A stretch of DNA of 59,073 nucleotides, counting the filler. It is 6 parts of 6 records of this genome, joined end to end, with 100 filler letters (N's around TTAATTAATTAA, not from the genome) between each part and the next. Parts side by side here need not be neighbours in the genome. Positions count along the whole stretch, not along the records: positions 17,098 to 26,021 come from SRR31156797_8650; positions 26,122 to 35,468 come from SRR31156797_8654; 4 more parts are not named here. One strand, written 5' to 3'. This document shows, in pieces, positions 20,149 to 30,120 of this stretch. The notes under the pieces were generated by a model that saw nothing but the letters and a program-made list of their open reading frames with translations, did no database searches and was not told the origin of the DNA. Numbering within the stretch: position 1 is the stretch's first letter; every line of letters starts with the position of its first letter. The position numbers and the translations under genes were made by a program.

Positions 20149-21390
20149 TTAGTTGATATCGTATTCTTTGATTTTACGATACAAAGTTCGTTCAGAAATA
20201 CCTAAATCCTGAGCAGCATATTTGCGCTTTCCATTGTGCTTTTCAAGAGCTTTCTTAATCAATTCAATTTCTTTTTCTTCCAAGGATAATGACTCTTCAA
20301 CAAATACCTCAGTATCCTGTATCACTGGATCATTACCTGATGAAATGTTTACTGGCGGTTGATTCACAGGTTGATGCTGAAGAATATCCATGTCCTGATC
20401 TTCGTAAAGTTTTCTTATGAGAACGGCATTATCTTTCTGTAGATCCGATGAATCGCCGCTTTTTTGCATTAAATCAAAAACCAGTTTTTTCAAATCCGAC
20501 ATATCCTTTTTCATATCAAACAAAACCTGATATAATATCTCTCTCTCAGATGAAAAACTTTTTTCATCCTTTTTATTATCTGAATAAATCGCAGGCAATA
20601 GCTGTTCGTCATTTACTGGCAGGTATGTTTGAAGATTTTCAATACCAATATGTCTCTCCTTTTCTATAATAGAAATTTGTTCAGTTATATTCTTTAGCTG
20701 TCGAATATTTCCTGGAAATCGATACGATTTTAAAACTTGTTGTGCACCTTCATCCAAACGTAAAGGTGGCATTCTATATTTCTCAGCAAAATCTTGTGCA
20801 AATTTTCTAAAAAGCAAATGTATATCTTCTTGTCTTTCTCTTAGTGGTGGCATATTTATAGGTACAGTATTCAGCCTATAAAATAAATCCTCTCTAAATT
20901 TCCCTTCTTGTACCGATTTTGGAATATTCACATTTGTTGCGGCAACCACACGAACATTCGTTTTAAGCACTTTTGATGATCCAACTTTTATGAATTCTCC
21001 AGTCTCCAAAACTCGTAATAATCGAACTTGGGTTGACAATGGCAACTCTCCTATTTCATCCAAAAATATAGTTCCCTTATTGGCAACTTCAAAATATCCT
21101 TTTCTATCAGATAATGCTCCGGTAAAAGCACCCTTTTCATGACCAAACAGCTCTGAATCAATTGTACCCTCAGGAATTGCTCCACAGTTAACTGCAATGT
21201 AAGGAGCATGCTTTCTCGCACTATATTGATGAATTATTTGTGGGAATACTTCTTTACCTGTTCCACTTTCTCCAGTAATTAATACAGACAAATCAGTAGG
21301 TGCAACTTGCACTGCAATGTCAATAGCACGACTTAATGCATAGGAATTTCCTATAATTCCAAATCTCTGTTTTATTTTTTGTACATCCAT
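20149..21390 (-). CDS. Sigma54-interacting AAA+ Fis-family regulator without a sensory domain
   Basis: GESGTGKE, ELFGHEKGAFTGA, FLDEIGE, C-terminal HTH LGISERTLYRK. Confidence 0.95.
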   Translation of the reverse strand: MDVQKIKQRFGIIGNSYALSRAIDIAVQVAPTDLSVLITGESGTGKEVFPQIIHQYSARKHAPYIAVNCGAIPEGTIDSELFGHEKGAFTGALSDRKGYFEVANKGTIFLDEIGELPLSTQVRLLRVLETGEFIKVGSSKVLKTNVRVVAATNVNIPKSVQEGKFREDLFYRLNTVPINMPPLRERQEDIHLLFRKFAQDFAEKYRMPPLRLDEGAQQVLKSYRFPGNIRQLKNITEQISIIEKERHIGIENLQTYLPVNDEQLLPAIYSDNKKDEKSFSSEREILYQVLFDMKKDMSDLKKLVFDLMQKSGDSSDLQKDNAVLIRKLYEDQDMDILQHQPVNQPPVNISSGNDPVIQDTEVFVEESLSLEEKEIELIKKALEKHNGKRKYAAQDLGISERTLYRKIKEYDIN

Positions 21391-21582
21391 CAAATTATAA
21401 ATCTAAAAGACAATTTGCTTAAACCTGTAATTTTTACAGACTACCTGACAAAATTACTACTTTTTACTTTTAGTTGATTCTTCTAACTAGTCTAATATCG
21501 CTAAAGAATGTTAATTTTTAGTATCCTTTTTCCCATTACAGCGTAATAAAAAACTAATGGAATAACTTTAATATAACGCAAC

Positions 21583-22749
21583 ATGGCATTACAAATAGAA
21601 AATCTCAAAGAATCCAATGAGTTTTTAAACATTCTTTTCGATAACATTACTTCAGCTCTTTTCATTGTTGATCAAAATGCCAAAGTTGAAAATGTTAACG
21701 ATTCCTTTTCCATCTTATTTCAAAAAAGAGAAGAACAAATTTTAGGAAAATTATGTGGTAATGCAATTGGCTGTGCAATAGCAATGGATGCAAATGCAGA
21801 TTGTGGAACAACTCCCTATTGCCAAACCTGTAAGCTAAGAAAAGATATTCTAAAAGCTATGTCGGAGAAAATTCCTACATATAAGCGAAAACTTACCAGA
21901 GATTTTTACGATCAAACAAATAAATCTACAAAACACTTTTTATATACAACAAAATACATCGGTTTTCACGGTAAAAAATATGCATTGATAATCGTTGATG
22001 ACCTTACTGAATTGGAAGGAAGAAAAAAACAACTTGAAGAACAAAATAAAACCTTACAAGTACTAAACGAACAAAAGTCAAAGTTTTTGGGAGTAGCAGC
22101 TCATGATCTTCGAAATCCTATAGGTGCAATTAATTCCTTTTCAGAAATTTTATTGGAATCGGGGAATGAATTCCCAAAAGAAGAAAAAGAAGAATTTCTT
22201 TCCCTAATCAAAGACAGTAGTCAATTTTCCCTTCAACTTTTGAATGACTTACTCGACATTTCAAAAATTGAATTGGGTAAATTAGAGTTAGAAAAAAAGA
22301 AGGAAGACATTCAAGATGTTGTTGCACATGTTATCAAGATAAACAAAGTATTTGCGCGGAAAAAGAACATTAAAATTGACTTTAAACCAAATATTCATTC
22401 TAAAAATATAGAATTAGATAAAAGTAAAATTGAACAAGTTTTACACAACTTATTAAGTAATGCCATAAAATATTCAAATCCCAATACGCAAATAATAATT
22501 AATTTAATCGAGAACGATACACACATAGAAATTTCGGTAAAAGATCAAGGGGTGGGTATTCCTGAACAAGAACTTTCGAAATTGTTTACTGAGTTTGGAA
22601 AAACAAGCGCTAAAACCACAGCAAACGAAAGTAGTACTGGCTTAGGGCTTGCTATTGCAAAAAAAATCGTACTTGGACATGGTGGTGAAATTATTGCCAG
22701 GAGTACTTTAGGAGAAGGTTCCGAATTTTTATTTACTTTGCCTAAGTAA
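21583..22749 (+). CDS. Cytoplasmic histidine kinase with Cys-rich PAS-like domain
   Basis: AAHDLRNP, NLLSNAIKY, DQGVGI, GLGLAI; N-terminal CGNAIGC...CGTTPYCQTC. Confidence 0.9.
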   Translation: MALQIENLKESNEFLNILFDNITSALFIVDQNAKVENVNDSFSILFQKREEQILGKLCGNAIGCAIAMDANADCGTTPYCQTCKLRKDILKAMSEKIPTYKRKLTRDFYDQTNKSTKHFLYTTKYIGFHGKKYALIIVDDLTELEGRKKQLEEQNKTLQVLNEQKSKFLGVAAHDLRNPIGAINSFSEILLESGNEFPKEEKEEFLSLIKDSSQFSLQLLNDLLDISKIELGKLELEKKKEDIQDVVAHVIKINKVFARKKNIKIDFKPNIHSKNIELDKSKIEQVLHNLLSNAIKYSNPNTQIIINLIENDTHIEISVKDQGVGIPEQELSKLFTEFGKTSAKTTANESSTGLGLAIAKKIVLGHGGEIIARSTLGEGSEFLFTLPK

Positions 22750-22774
22750 TCTAACTACGGTAAAATATATATTG

Positions 22775-23524
22775 ATGAAATTTTTAGGAATTATTCCCGC
22801 AAGATATGCATCCACACGTTTCCCTGGAAAACCTCTTGCTGATATAAAGGGGAAACCAATGATACAAAGAGTTTATGAACAAACTCTTTCAGCTATAAAA
22901 GATGTTTGGGTTGCAACTGATGATATAAGAATTAAAGAAGTTGTTGAATCTTTTGGAGGAAATGTAATTATGACATCTCCTGATCATCAAAGTGGAACAG
23001 ATCGAATTGCGGAAGCTGCCACTAAAATTATAGCAAAATCATCCGTCCAATATGATGTTATTATTAACATACAAGGCGATGAACCTTTCATTCAAGCAGA
23101 ACAAATTGATGCAGTGAAAAAATGTTTCGAGAAAGATTCAACACAAATTGCTACACTTGTTAAGCGGATTTCCGAAGAGAGCGAAATCTTCGATCCCAAT
23201 AAAGTTAAAGCTGTAATTAGTAAGGATAAAAAAGCCTTGTACTTTAGCCGATCGCCAATTCCATATTTAAGAGGAATAGAAAAAGAAGTCTGGTTAAAAA
23301 ATGGAACTTTTTACAAACACATAGGAATGTATGCCTATCAGTTAAATGTATTAATGGAAGTGACCAAATTAGAACAAAGCAGCTTAGAGCTTTCAGAATC
23401 ACTAGAACAACTAAGATGGCTGGAAAATGGTTATTGGATACAAACCGAAATTACAGAACATGAATCAATAGGAATTGATACTCCTGAAGATTTAGAACGA
23501 ATTAAAAAAATGGGACTTTTATAG
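22775..23524 (+). CDS. kdsB: 3-deoxy-manno-octulosonate cytidylyltransferase
   Basis: IIPARYASTRFPGKPL, SGTDR, NIQGDEP, LEQLRWLENG. Confidence 0.97.
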   Translation: MKFLGIIPARYASTRFPGKPLADIKGKPMIQRVYEQTLSAIKDVWVATDDIRIKEVVESFGGNVIMTSPDHQSGTDRIAEAATKIIAKSSVQYDVIINIQGDEPFIQAEQIDAVKKCFEKDSTQIATLVKRISEESEIFDPNKVKAVISKDKKALYFSRSPIPYLRGIEKEVWLKNGTFYKHIGMYAYQLNVLMEVTKLEQSSLELSESLEQLRWLENGYWIQTEITEHESIGIDTPEDLERIKKMGLL

Positions 23525-23535
23525 TCCCTTTTTTT
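23512..23535 (+). terminator. Intrinsic terminator overlapping the kdsB stop
   Basis: GGGACT-TTTAT-AGTCCC followed by T7. Confidence 0.65.
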
Positions 23536-23639
23536 ATGCTTTAACTTTTCTTTAAGGATTATTAGTAAGATCTTAACTCAGCTTGCACATTGCAGTTTGT
23601 AAATTTGTAATGTATCTTCAAATACACTTATATAAAATT

Positions 23640-25235
23640 ATGAATAAAAAGGTCATAAGTTTTTTAATCGTATTAATGAGTATTTCTCTTTTGGGAATAA
23701 TACTCGTTCAAGTTCTTTGGATAAGAAATGCCATTCGTATCGAAGAAAAAACCTTCCAAACAAATGTTAATAAAATCCTTCGTAAGGTCGTAAATAATCT
23801 TGAAGAGGAAGAATCTGTTTTTTTAATTGGTGAAGAATTACATTCTATCCCTGATGATAAATTAGAAAATAACGAAATTCGTGAAATCCGTCAATTTATA
23901 GATGATAATCAAGATTCGCATCATTCTCATATCAACATTCGAACTAGCAAAAAATTAAAAAACAAAACACCTCAAATAATACAATCAGATACACAAGTAA
24001 TAGTAATGGAAGCATCGAACAGTGCGTCTGTTAATGTATGGCATCCAAAATTACAATCCGACTCTAATTTTAATATCAACGTAGAGGTAACAACCAAAGA
24101 CACTCTCATCCGAAGATTTAATAAAGAAAAACAAATAGAAAATATTTTTGAAAAAGTAATTTATAAATTTAAGTCAAAAGATATTTCTGTTGAAAATAGA
24201 ATAAACCTTGAAAAATTACCTAATCTTATCCAATCAGAATTAGATAATTTCAATATAGTATCTGATTTTAGCTTTGCAATTGTAGATGGAAAAACAAACA
24301 ATATAATTCATAGTTCCGATTCATTATTCAATCAAGAATTAAAAGAATCAAATTATCAGGTCAGCTTATTTCCAAATGATATTTTTAAAACAAATCGATT
24401 ATTATCCCTCAATCTTCCTAATAGTTTCAATCTGGTTTACAAATCAATTTTACCTCTACTTATTTTATCCGGAATATTTACACTATTCATTATCATTACT
24501 TTCATAAATGCAGTATTTTTCATTTTAAAACAGAAACGCATTAGCGATATTAAATCCGATTTTATAAATAATATTACTCACGAATTCAAAACTCCAATTG
24601 CCACAATCGGTCTTGCATCCGACTCTATTAACAATCCAAAAGTAATTGGAAACCCAGATCGAATACGATATTTTACAGGGATTATAAAAGATGAGAATTT
24701 CAGAATGAACAAGCAGGTTGAGAACATTCTGCAACTTTCCTTATTTGGAAAACACGTAATCAAATTAAATCCACAGAATTGTCATTTAAATGAGATTATT
24801 CAGAAAGCAACAGAACACATCCAGCTTCAAATTGATGAAAAGAAAGGGAAATTAACCTGCAATTTAAAGGCATTAAATGATATTGTTAAAATAGATGAAG
24901 TTCATTTTCTAAATGTTCTTTTCAACTTATTCGATAACGCAATCAAATATTCTGAGGAAAACCCAATTCTCGAAATATTGACTTTGAATAAGGAAAATAC
25001 CATTCAAGTTCTTATTACCGATCATGGAATTGGTATGAATCAAGGAACTGTTAAGAAAATATTTAAGAAATTCTATCGGGCTGAAACAGGAAATATCCAC
25101 AGCGTAAAAGGGTTTGGTTTAGGCTTAAGCTACGTAAAACTAGTAATAGAAAAACTTCACGGAACTATCGATGTAGAAAGTAAAATTGATCATGGAACTA
25201 GAGTAATTATTAACCTGCCACTAAATAGTTTATAA
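23640..25235 (+). CDS. Membrane sensor histidine kinase
   Basis: Two TMs; THEFKTP, NLFDNAIKY, GFGLGL. Confidence 0.93.
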   Translation: MNKKVISFLIVLMSISLLGIILVQVLWIRNAIRIEEKTFQTNVNKILRKVVNNLEEEESVFLIGEELHSIPDDKLENNEIREIRQFIDDNQDSHHSHINIRTSKKLKNKTPQIIQSDTQVIVMEASNSASVNVWHPKLQSDSNFNINVEVTTKDTLIRRFNKEKQIENIFEKVIYKFKSKDISVENRINLEKLPNLIQSELDNFNIVSDFSFAIVDGKTNNIIHSSDSLFNQELKESNYQVSLFPNDIFKTNRLLSLNLPNSFNLVYKSILPLLILSGIFTLFIIITFINAVFFILKQKRISDIKSDFINNITHEFKTPIATIGLASDSINNPKVIGNPDRIRYFTGIIKDENFRMNKQVENILQLSLFGKHVIKLNPQNCHLNEIIQKATEHIQLQIDEKKGKLTCNLKALNDIVKIDEVHFLNVLFNLFDNAIKYSEENPILEILTLNKENTIQVLITDHGIGMNQGTVKKIFKKFYRAETGNIHSVKGFGLGLSYVKLVIEKLHGTIDVESKIDHGTRVIINLPLNSL

Positions 25236-25948
25236 TGAAAAATGAAATTAATATATTATTGGTAGAAGATGAAACCAATTTTGGTGCTGTTATGAAGAAC
25301 TATCTTGAAATTTCAGACTTCAAGGTCCATCTGTGTGTGAATGGTAAAATTGGTTTAGAAGAATTCAAAAGCAACAATTACGACCTTTGTATTTTAGATG
25401 TTATGATGCCAGAAATGGATGGGTTTACACTGGCAAAAGAAATTAAAAACATTAATTCAGATATTCCTATTATATTTTTAACAGCAAAAAGTTTAAAAGA
25501 AGATATTATTCAGGGATACCGTTTAGGAGCAGATGATTACATTACCAAACCTTTCGATTCTGAACTTTTGATTTATAAAATTCATGCAATACTTTCTCGC
25601 CAAAAGGGGAACTCTAAGCAAAAGGAAATTTCAATATTTAAAATTGGGAAGTTTAATTTCGATTCTAATTTAAGAATCCTAAGTATAGAAGGCAAAGAAG
25701 AAAAACTGTCACCTAAAGAATCTGAATTGTTAAAATTATTAACTGAAAATGTAAATCAAATTCTTCCACGGGAGAATGCATTAAAAGCAATTTGGGGAGA
25801 TGATAATTTCTATACAACAAGAAGTATGGATGTATATATAACAAAGCTCAGGAAATATCTAAAAGCGGATTGTAATTTATCTATAGAAAATATTCATGGC
25901 AGTGGCTTCCGATTATTAGAAACAGACACTCCATTGGACAAGAAATAA
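25235..25948 (+). CDS. OmpR-family response regulator (RprY-like)
   Basis: LDVMMPEMDG, GADDYITKPF, wHTH RSMDVYITKLRK; TAATG coupling with the kinase. Confidence 0.95.
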   Translation: MKNEINILLVEDETNFGAVMKNYLEISDFKVHLCVNGKIGLEEFKSNNYDLCILDVMMPEMDGFTLAKEIKNINSDIPIIFLTAKSLKEDIIQGYRLGADDYITKPFDSELLIYKIHAILSRQKGNSKQKEISIFKIGKFNFDSNLRILSIEGKEEKLSPKESELLKLLTENVNQILPRENALKAIWGDDNFYTTRSMDVYITKLRKYLKADCNLSIENIHGSGFRLLETDTPLDKK

Positions 25949-26021
25949 AGAATACATTACTTATTCCATTTTTAAAGCAAACATTAAAGCAATAAAAAAG
26001 AGTCTTACTCCATTTGGAATA

Positions 26022-26121
26022 NNNNNNNNNNNNNNNNNNNNNNNNNNNNNNNNNNNNNNNNNNNNTTAATTAATTAANNNNNNNNNNNNNNNNNNNNNNN
26101 NNNNNNNNNNNNNNNNNNNNN
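26022..26121. other. Artificial contig linker
   Basis: N-run, TTAATTAATTAA, N-run. Confidence 0.99.
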
Positions 26122-26177
26122 GGATTCGATCATCGCTCGGACCGAGCAGCATTTTTGATTTTTTTGGGGCGTCATCC

Positions 26178-26201
26178 GGGCGGTTCGCGAGCCGCCCCTA
26201 C
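26178..26201 (-). repeat. GTAG-family REP element, copy 1
   Basis: GGGCGGTTCGCGAGCCGCCCCTAC: palindrome with a GTAG foot on the minus strand; near-identical copy at 29973. Confidence 0.8.
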
Positions 26202-26348
26202 AGGCCCTCGCGGCCCGACTATATCCGCCCGAGCGCCTGGTCCTGAAAACCACATAATTGTCCTTGACTTCAAGCAAACCTCCGGGTACATCACAGTAAC
26301 CTCCGGACCATTACGCCCGGCCGATCACTTTTTGATAAGGAAGCGGAA

Positions 26349-26966
26349 ATGAGCCTTATAAAAGGAAATTTAAGTCTGACCAGGTACCTTGTTTTGGATG
26401 ATCACCCCGACCTGACCGATGAATTCATCGGCGAGCGCCTCAGAAAAAACGCCCTGGTGGATATTGAATCCACGGCGGAAGAGGAATCCATTGGGTGGGT
26501 CGAAGTCCTGGAGCCCATGCAGACTGAATTCGGCGAGCTTACATTCAGTTTTGGAATGGTGAAGGCCATGGGCTTCAGAATCGATACGCGCAAGGTTCCG
26601 GCCAAGATGGTGAAGAAATATTTCGCCATGGCTGAAGAAAAAGCGGAAAATCTGTCCGAAAAACCGCTGACAGCCGAGGACAAGAGACTTTTGAAAGCCA
26701 AGGTGAAACAGGATCTTTTGGCCCGCATGCCTGTTACCACGGATGTATATGAAGTTTGCTGGCTGCCGGAGGAAAAGGAAGTCTTACTGGCGGCGACGGG
26801 CAAGAAAAAACGCGAATACTTTGAAGATCTCTGGAGGCGCTCATTCGGGATGAGCCTGCTGATGAAAATCCCGATAGTATTGGCCGATATAATGTTACCG
26901 AAAGATATGGACCCTGAAATACTGAGCAGAATCAGTTCGTCGGCCCTGGTAGGCGGAGGCAGATAA
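26349..26966 (+). CDS. rdgC: RdgC-family protein (N-terminal portion)
   Basis: EEESIGWV, FRIDTRKVPA, LKAKVKQDLLAR motifs; 205 aa. Confidence 0.75.
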   Translation: MSLIKGNLSLTRYLVLDDHPDLTDEFIGERLRKNALVDIESTAEEESIGWVEVLEPMQTEFGELTFSFGMVKAMGFRIDTRKVPAKMVKKYFAMAEEKAENLSEKPLTAEDKRLLKAKVKQDLLARMPVTTDVYEVCWLPEEKEVLLAATGKKKREYFEDLWRRSFGMSLLMKIPIVLADIMLPKDMDPEILSRISSSALVGGGR

Positions 26967-26968
26967 TC

Positions 26969-27499
26969 ATGGATATGGCGGATCTTATCAGCGAAAAACA
27001 ATTTCTCGGCCAGGAGTTTTTGACCTGGATATGGTTTCAGAGCGACATTAATTCCGGCATCATTGACATTCCCGGCTTCGGATCCGTGGAAATCTGGTTT
27101 GAAGACCGCATGGTGCTGGAATACGGCAGCGGCAACTTCAAGCAGTCCGTAACCTGCCAGGGCAAGGACCTGGATCTTACCGAAGCAAAAACCGCTTTGA
27201 GAGAAGGGAAAAAGGTTAGCCAGGCCAGGATAAGAATTGGCGTGGAAGACAGGGAATGGCGTTTGACCATAAAGGCCGACGGTCTTGAGTTCAGCAGCAT
27301 CAAGGCGCCCACCACCCTGGACATGGATGAAGAGGAGTCCGAGAGCATGGCCGGCCGCCTGCTGGACAGGGTTGCCGTCATTAGGGAATTGATAACAGTT
27401 GTGGATAAAATATATGAAGCTTATTTATCGGTCCGGTTGACTGAAGCCTGGGAAGAGAAGGTCATCCCCAGGATTCGCGAATGGGTGCTCAGGGATTGA
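26969..27499 (+). CDS. Conserved protein resembling the RdgC C-terminal half
   Basis: FLGQEFLTWIW, EAKTALREGKKV; starts 2 nt after the preceding gene. Confidence 0.65.
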   Translation: MDMADLISEKQFLGQEFLTWIWFQSDINSGIIDIPGFGSVEIWFEDRMVLEYGSGNFKQSVTCQGKDLDLTEAKTALREGKKVSQARIRIGVEDREWRLTIKADGLEFSSIKAPTTLDMDEEESESMAGRLLDRVAVIRELITVVDKIYEAYLSVRLTEAWEEKVIPRIREWVLRD

Positions 27500-27625
27500 C
27501 GGGTCAACAGCGCGGTGAATATGTAAATACTGTTTTTCCAATTTATTGAAGGACTTTACTTAACAAGCGACGGACCTACAAAGCTAAATAAAACTGATCG
27601 GTTTTGATTTATACGGAATTTAAAA

Positions 27626-28348
27626 GTGCAGCCTAACAAAGTTATTCGCGGACTCTGGTTTATACCTTACTTTTTCACCAATACAGCCATAATGGGAATG
27701 CTTTCAATCATCGTCAGCCTTTGGTCGGCCAAGGGGGCGCGCTGGTTTGCGCCGCAATGGGCGAAAATGAACGTGAAGGCGGCCAGGGTGAAGCTCGACG
27801 TAAGGGGCCTGAAAAACATTCCCGACCCTTCGGAGGGCGGAGTAATAATTGCCAGCAACCACGTGTCGGCGGCGGATATAGCAGCCGTGCTTGCCGGGCT
27901 GCCGGTTGATGTATGCTGGGTGACCAAAGCTTCGCTTTTGAAAGTCCCTTTTCTGGGCTGGCACCTTAAAAGGGTCCATATCCCGGTGGCCAGACGAAAC
28001 GCCGGCAACACCGGGCGCTTTCTGGAGGATGGGGCTCAAAAAATAAGGGATGGAGCCGCGGTGGTCATTTTTCCCGAAGGCACCAGGAACCCGGGACCGG
28101 GAAAACTGCTTCCCTTTAAAAAAGGCGCGTTCCTGCTGGCCCATGCATCGGGCCGCCCCATAATACCAGTTGCCATAATCGGGTCATCAAAAGTATGGCC
28201 TGTTAAAGATAAACTACCCGGATCGGGTACGGTGACCATGCTCGTGGGCAAATCCATCGATCCCCAACCTTATTCAGACGACGAACTTGACAAACTGGCC
28301 GAAACCACCCGCAACGCCATCCTTGAACTGCTGGAAGATCAGGGGTAA
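27626..28348 (+). CDS. plsC: 1-acyl-sn-glycerol-3-phosphate acyltransferase (PlsC family)
   Basis: NHVSAAD (HX4D), IFPEGTR, FKKGAF. Confidence 0.88.
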   Translation: MQPNKVIRGLWFIPYFFTNTAIMGMLSIIVSLWSAKGARWFAPQWAKMNVKAARVKLDVRGLKNIPDPSEGGVIIASNHVSAADIAAVLAGLPVDVCWVTKASLLKVPFLGWHLKRVHIPVARRNAGNTGRFLEDGAQKIRDGAAVVIFPEGTRNPGPGKLLPFKKGAFLLAHASGRPIIPVAIIGSSKVWPVKDKLPGSGTVTMLVGKSIDPQPYSDDELDKLAETTRNAILELLEDQG

Positions 28349-28567
28349 AAGCGTCGATTTGACAACGGCCTCAAGCTGATATATATTTACCCTGGATGAT
28401 AGGAGAATAACTCCGCATGCGGCGAAATGTATTATCCTGTTTTTGACCGAGGCTGTTTATGAATAAACCTTTTTTGGCTTCTACCATTAATCCTGATAAC
28501 AACCTTCCCCAAAGCCCTTTCGAGCCAAGCATTATAAACAATAATAACTGATGATTCAGGAGTTGCA

Positions 28568-29911
28568 GTGGAAATCATTGTACCGCACTTAAGAACGGAT
28601 TTTGACGCCTTCGCTTCAATGCTCTGCGCCAAAAAGCTATATAGCAGTGCATTGCCGATTCTGCCAAGCAACATAATCTACAAGTTAAAGGAATTTATCA
28701 GCCTTTATCGTGATGTAGCTGATTTTCAGAATATCCGCTACTTAAGGAAACTGAAAAAAACCCGAATTGAGCATGTGATAATTGTGGACACCAAGAAAAT
28801 GTCGCAGCTCACTGAATTTGAAAAATATATAAACTCGGCGGATACTCTGACCATTTACGACCATCATCCTCCCACTTCCGACGACCTGGCCGGATGCGCC
28901 CTGGAACTCTACCCTTACGGCGCCAACACCACCGGACTATTTTATAAATTATGTGACGAAGGCATTGAATTGACGCCCCAGGAAGCGACAATCGCGCTGC
29001 TGGGCATTTATGCCGACACCGGCAACCTGACCTTTCCCTGCACGACCTCCGAAGACGCTATTGCCGCCGGGGAGCTAATGCGCCTTAAAGCCGATCTGCA
29101 AACGGTCAACAGGTATTTACGGCCCTATTTCGATCCGGCCCAACGAATATTATTCCGGGATATGCTTGAAAATCTTCAGGAAATACACATGGAAGGGTAC
29201 AAGGTTGTTTTGATAAAGAGACAACTTGAAAAACCCATGCAAGGCACGGCCAACTTGATGGCCCAGGCTAGTGATATGGTCGGTGCGGATGCGATCATTG
29301 GAGTTTTTTCAGCCGACGGCAAGCCGGGCGTCCAGATACTGATTCAATCCCATGTTCCAGAGATTAACGCCGGGGAAATCTGCGGCCATTTTGAAGGCGG
29401 GGGCCACCCTGGCGCTGCGGCGGCTTTTCTGCCTCGGGCGGATATGGAGGGCGTGGCGGACACGGTTATGACGCTGCTTACGGAAGTTCCATTGCCGACC
29501 ACAAAAGTAAAAGATCTTATGAGCTGCGACGTTTTTACGGTTACGCCGGACCAATCCCTAAAATCAGTTGCCAGTCATATGAGTTTGAGGGGGATTCGAG
29601 GAGCGCCAGTTATAAACGACTGCGGGGAAATAGTAGGCATGATTTCCAAGCGTGACGTTGAAAAAGCGGATATGCACGGATTGCTGAACAGCGCCCCGAC
29701 ATCAGGATTTATGTCTGAAAAAGTGAGAACTGTTGAACCCGATATGCCCCTGGTTTCGGCGCGAAAGGTTATTTCAAGCCTCAATATCGGTCATCTTCCG
29801 GTTATGGAAGGAGACAGGCTGATCGGGATAGTATCCAGGACGGACATACTAAATGCCGTGAACTGCGCCATGCCGGATGAGTTAAGAGCAGCGTCCTTAT
29901 CTGCATCGTAA
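28568..29911 (+). CDS. DHH/DHHA1 phosphoesterase with C-terminal CBS pair
   Basis: HLRTDFDA, IVDT, YDHHP, GIYADTG, GGGHPGAAAA, then two CBS repeats. Confidence 0.88.
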   Translation: MEIIVPHLRTDFDAFASMLCAKKLYSSALPILPSNIIYKLKEFISLYRDVADFQNIRYLRKLKKTRIEHVIIVDTKKMSQLTEFEKYINSADTLTIYDHHPPTSDDLAGCALELYPYGANTTGLFYKLCDEGIELTPQEATIALLGIYADTGNLTFPCTTSEDAIAAGELMRLKADLQTVNRYLRPYFDPAQRILFRDMLENLQEIHMEGYKVVLIKRQLEKPMQGTANLMAQASDMVGADAIIGVFSADGKPGVQILIQSHVPEINAGEICGHFEGGGHPGAAAAFLPRADMEGVADTVMTLLTEVPLPTTKVKDLMSCDVFTVTPDQSLKSVASHMSLRGIRGAPVINDCGEIVGMISKRDVEKADMHGLLNSAPTSGFMSEKVRTVEPDMPLVSARKVISSLNIGHLPVMEGDRLIGIVSRTDILNAVNCAMPDELRAASLSAS

Positions 29912-29972
29912 GACGAAATTTTTTGGGGGATAAAGTCGTCCCCAATATGGTAATAAATACTGAAGCTAATGC

Positions 29973-29996
29973 GGGCGGTTCGCGAACCGCCCCTAC
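29973..29996 (-). repeat. GTAG-family REP element, copy 2
   Basis: GGGCGGTTCGCGAACCGCCCCTAC, intergenic between convergent genes. Confidence 0.8.
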
Positions 29997-30120
29997 TTTT
30001 TAAAGCATTAATCAGCATGGTCGAGGGGCGACGGCCGCCATTGATATGATATTAAAACTAAAGAGGATATGACCTTTAATAGTTTTATTTTATTGTATCT
30101 TTTCCGCGCATCGCACCAAG

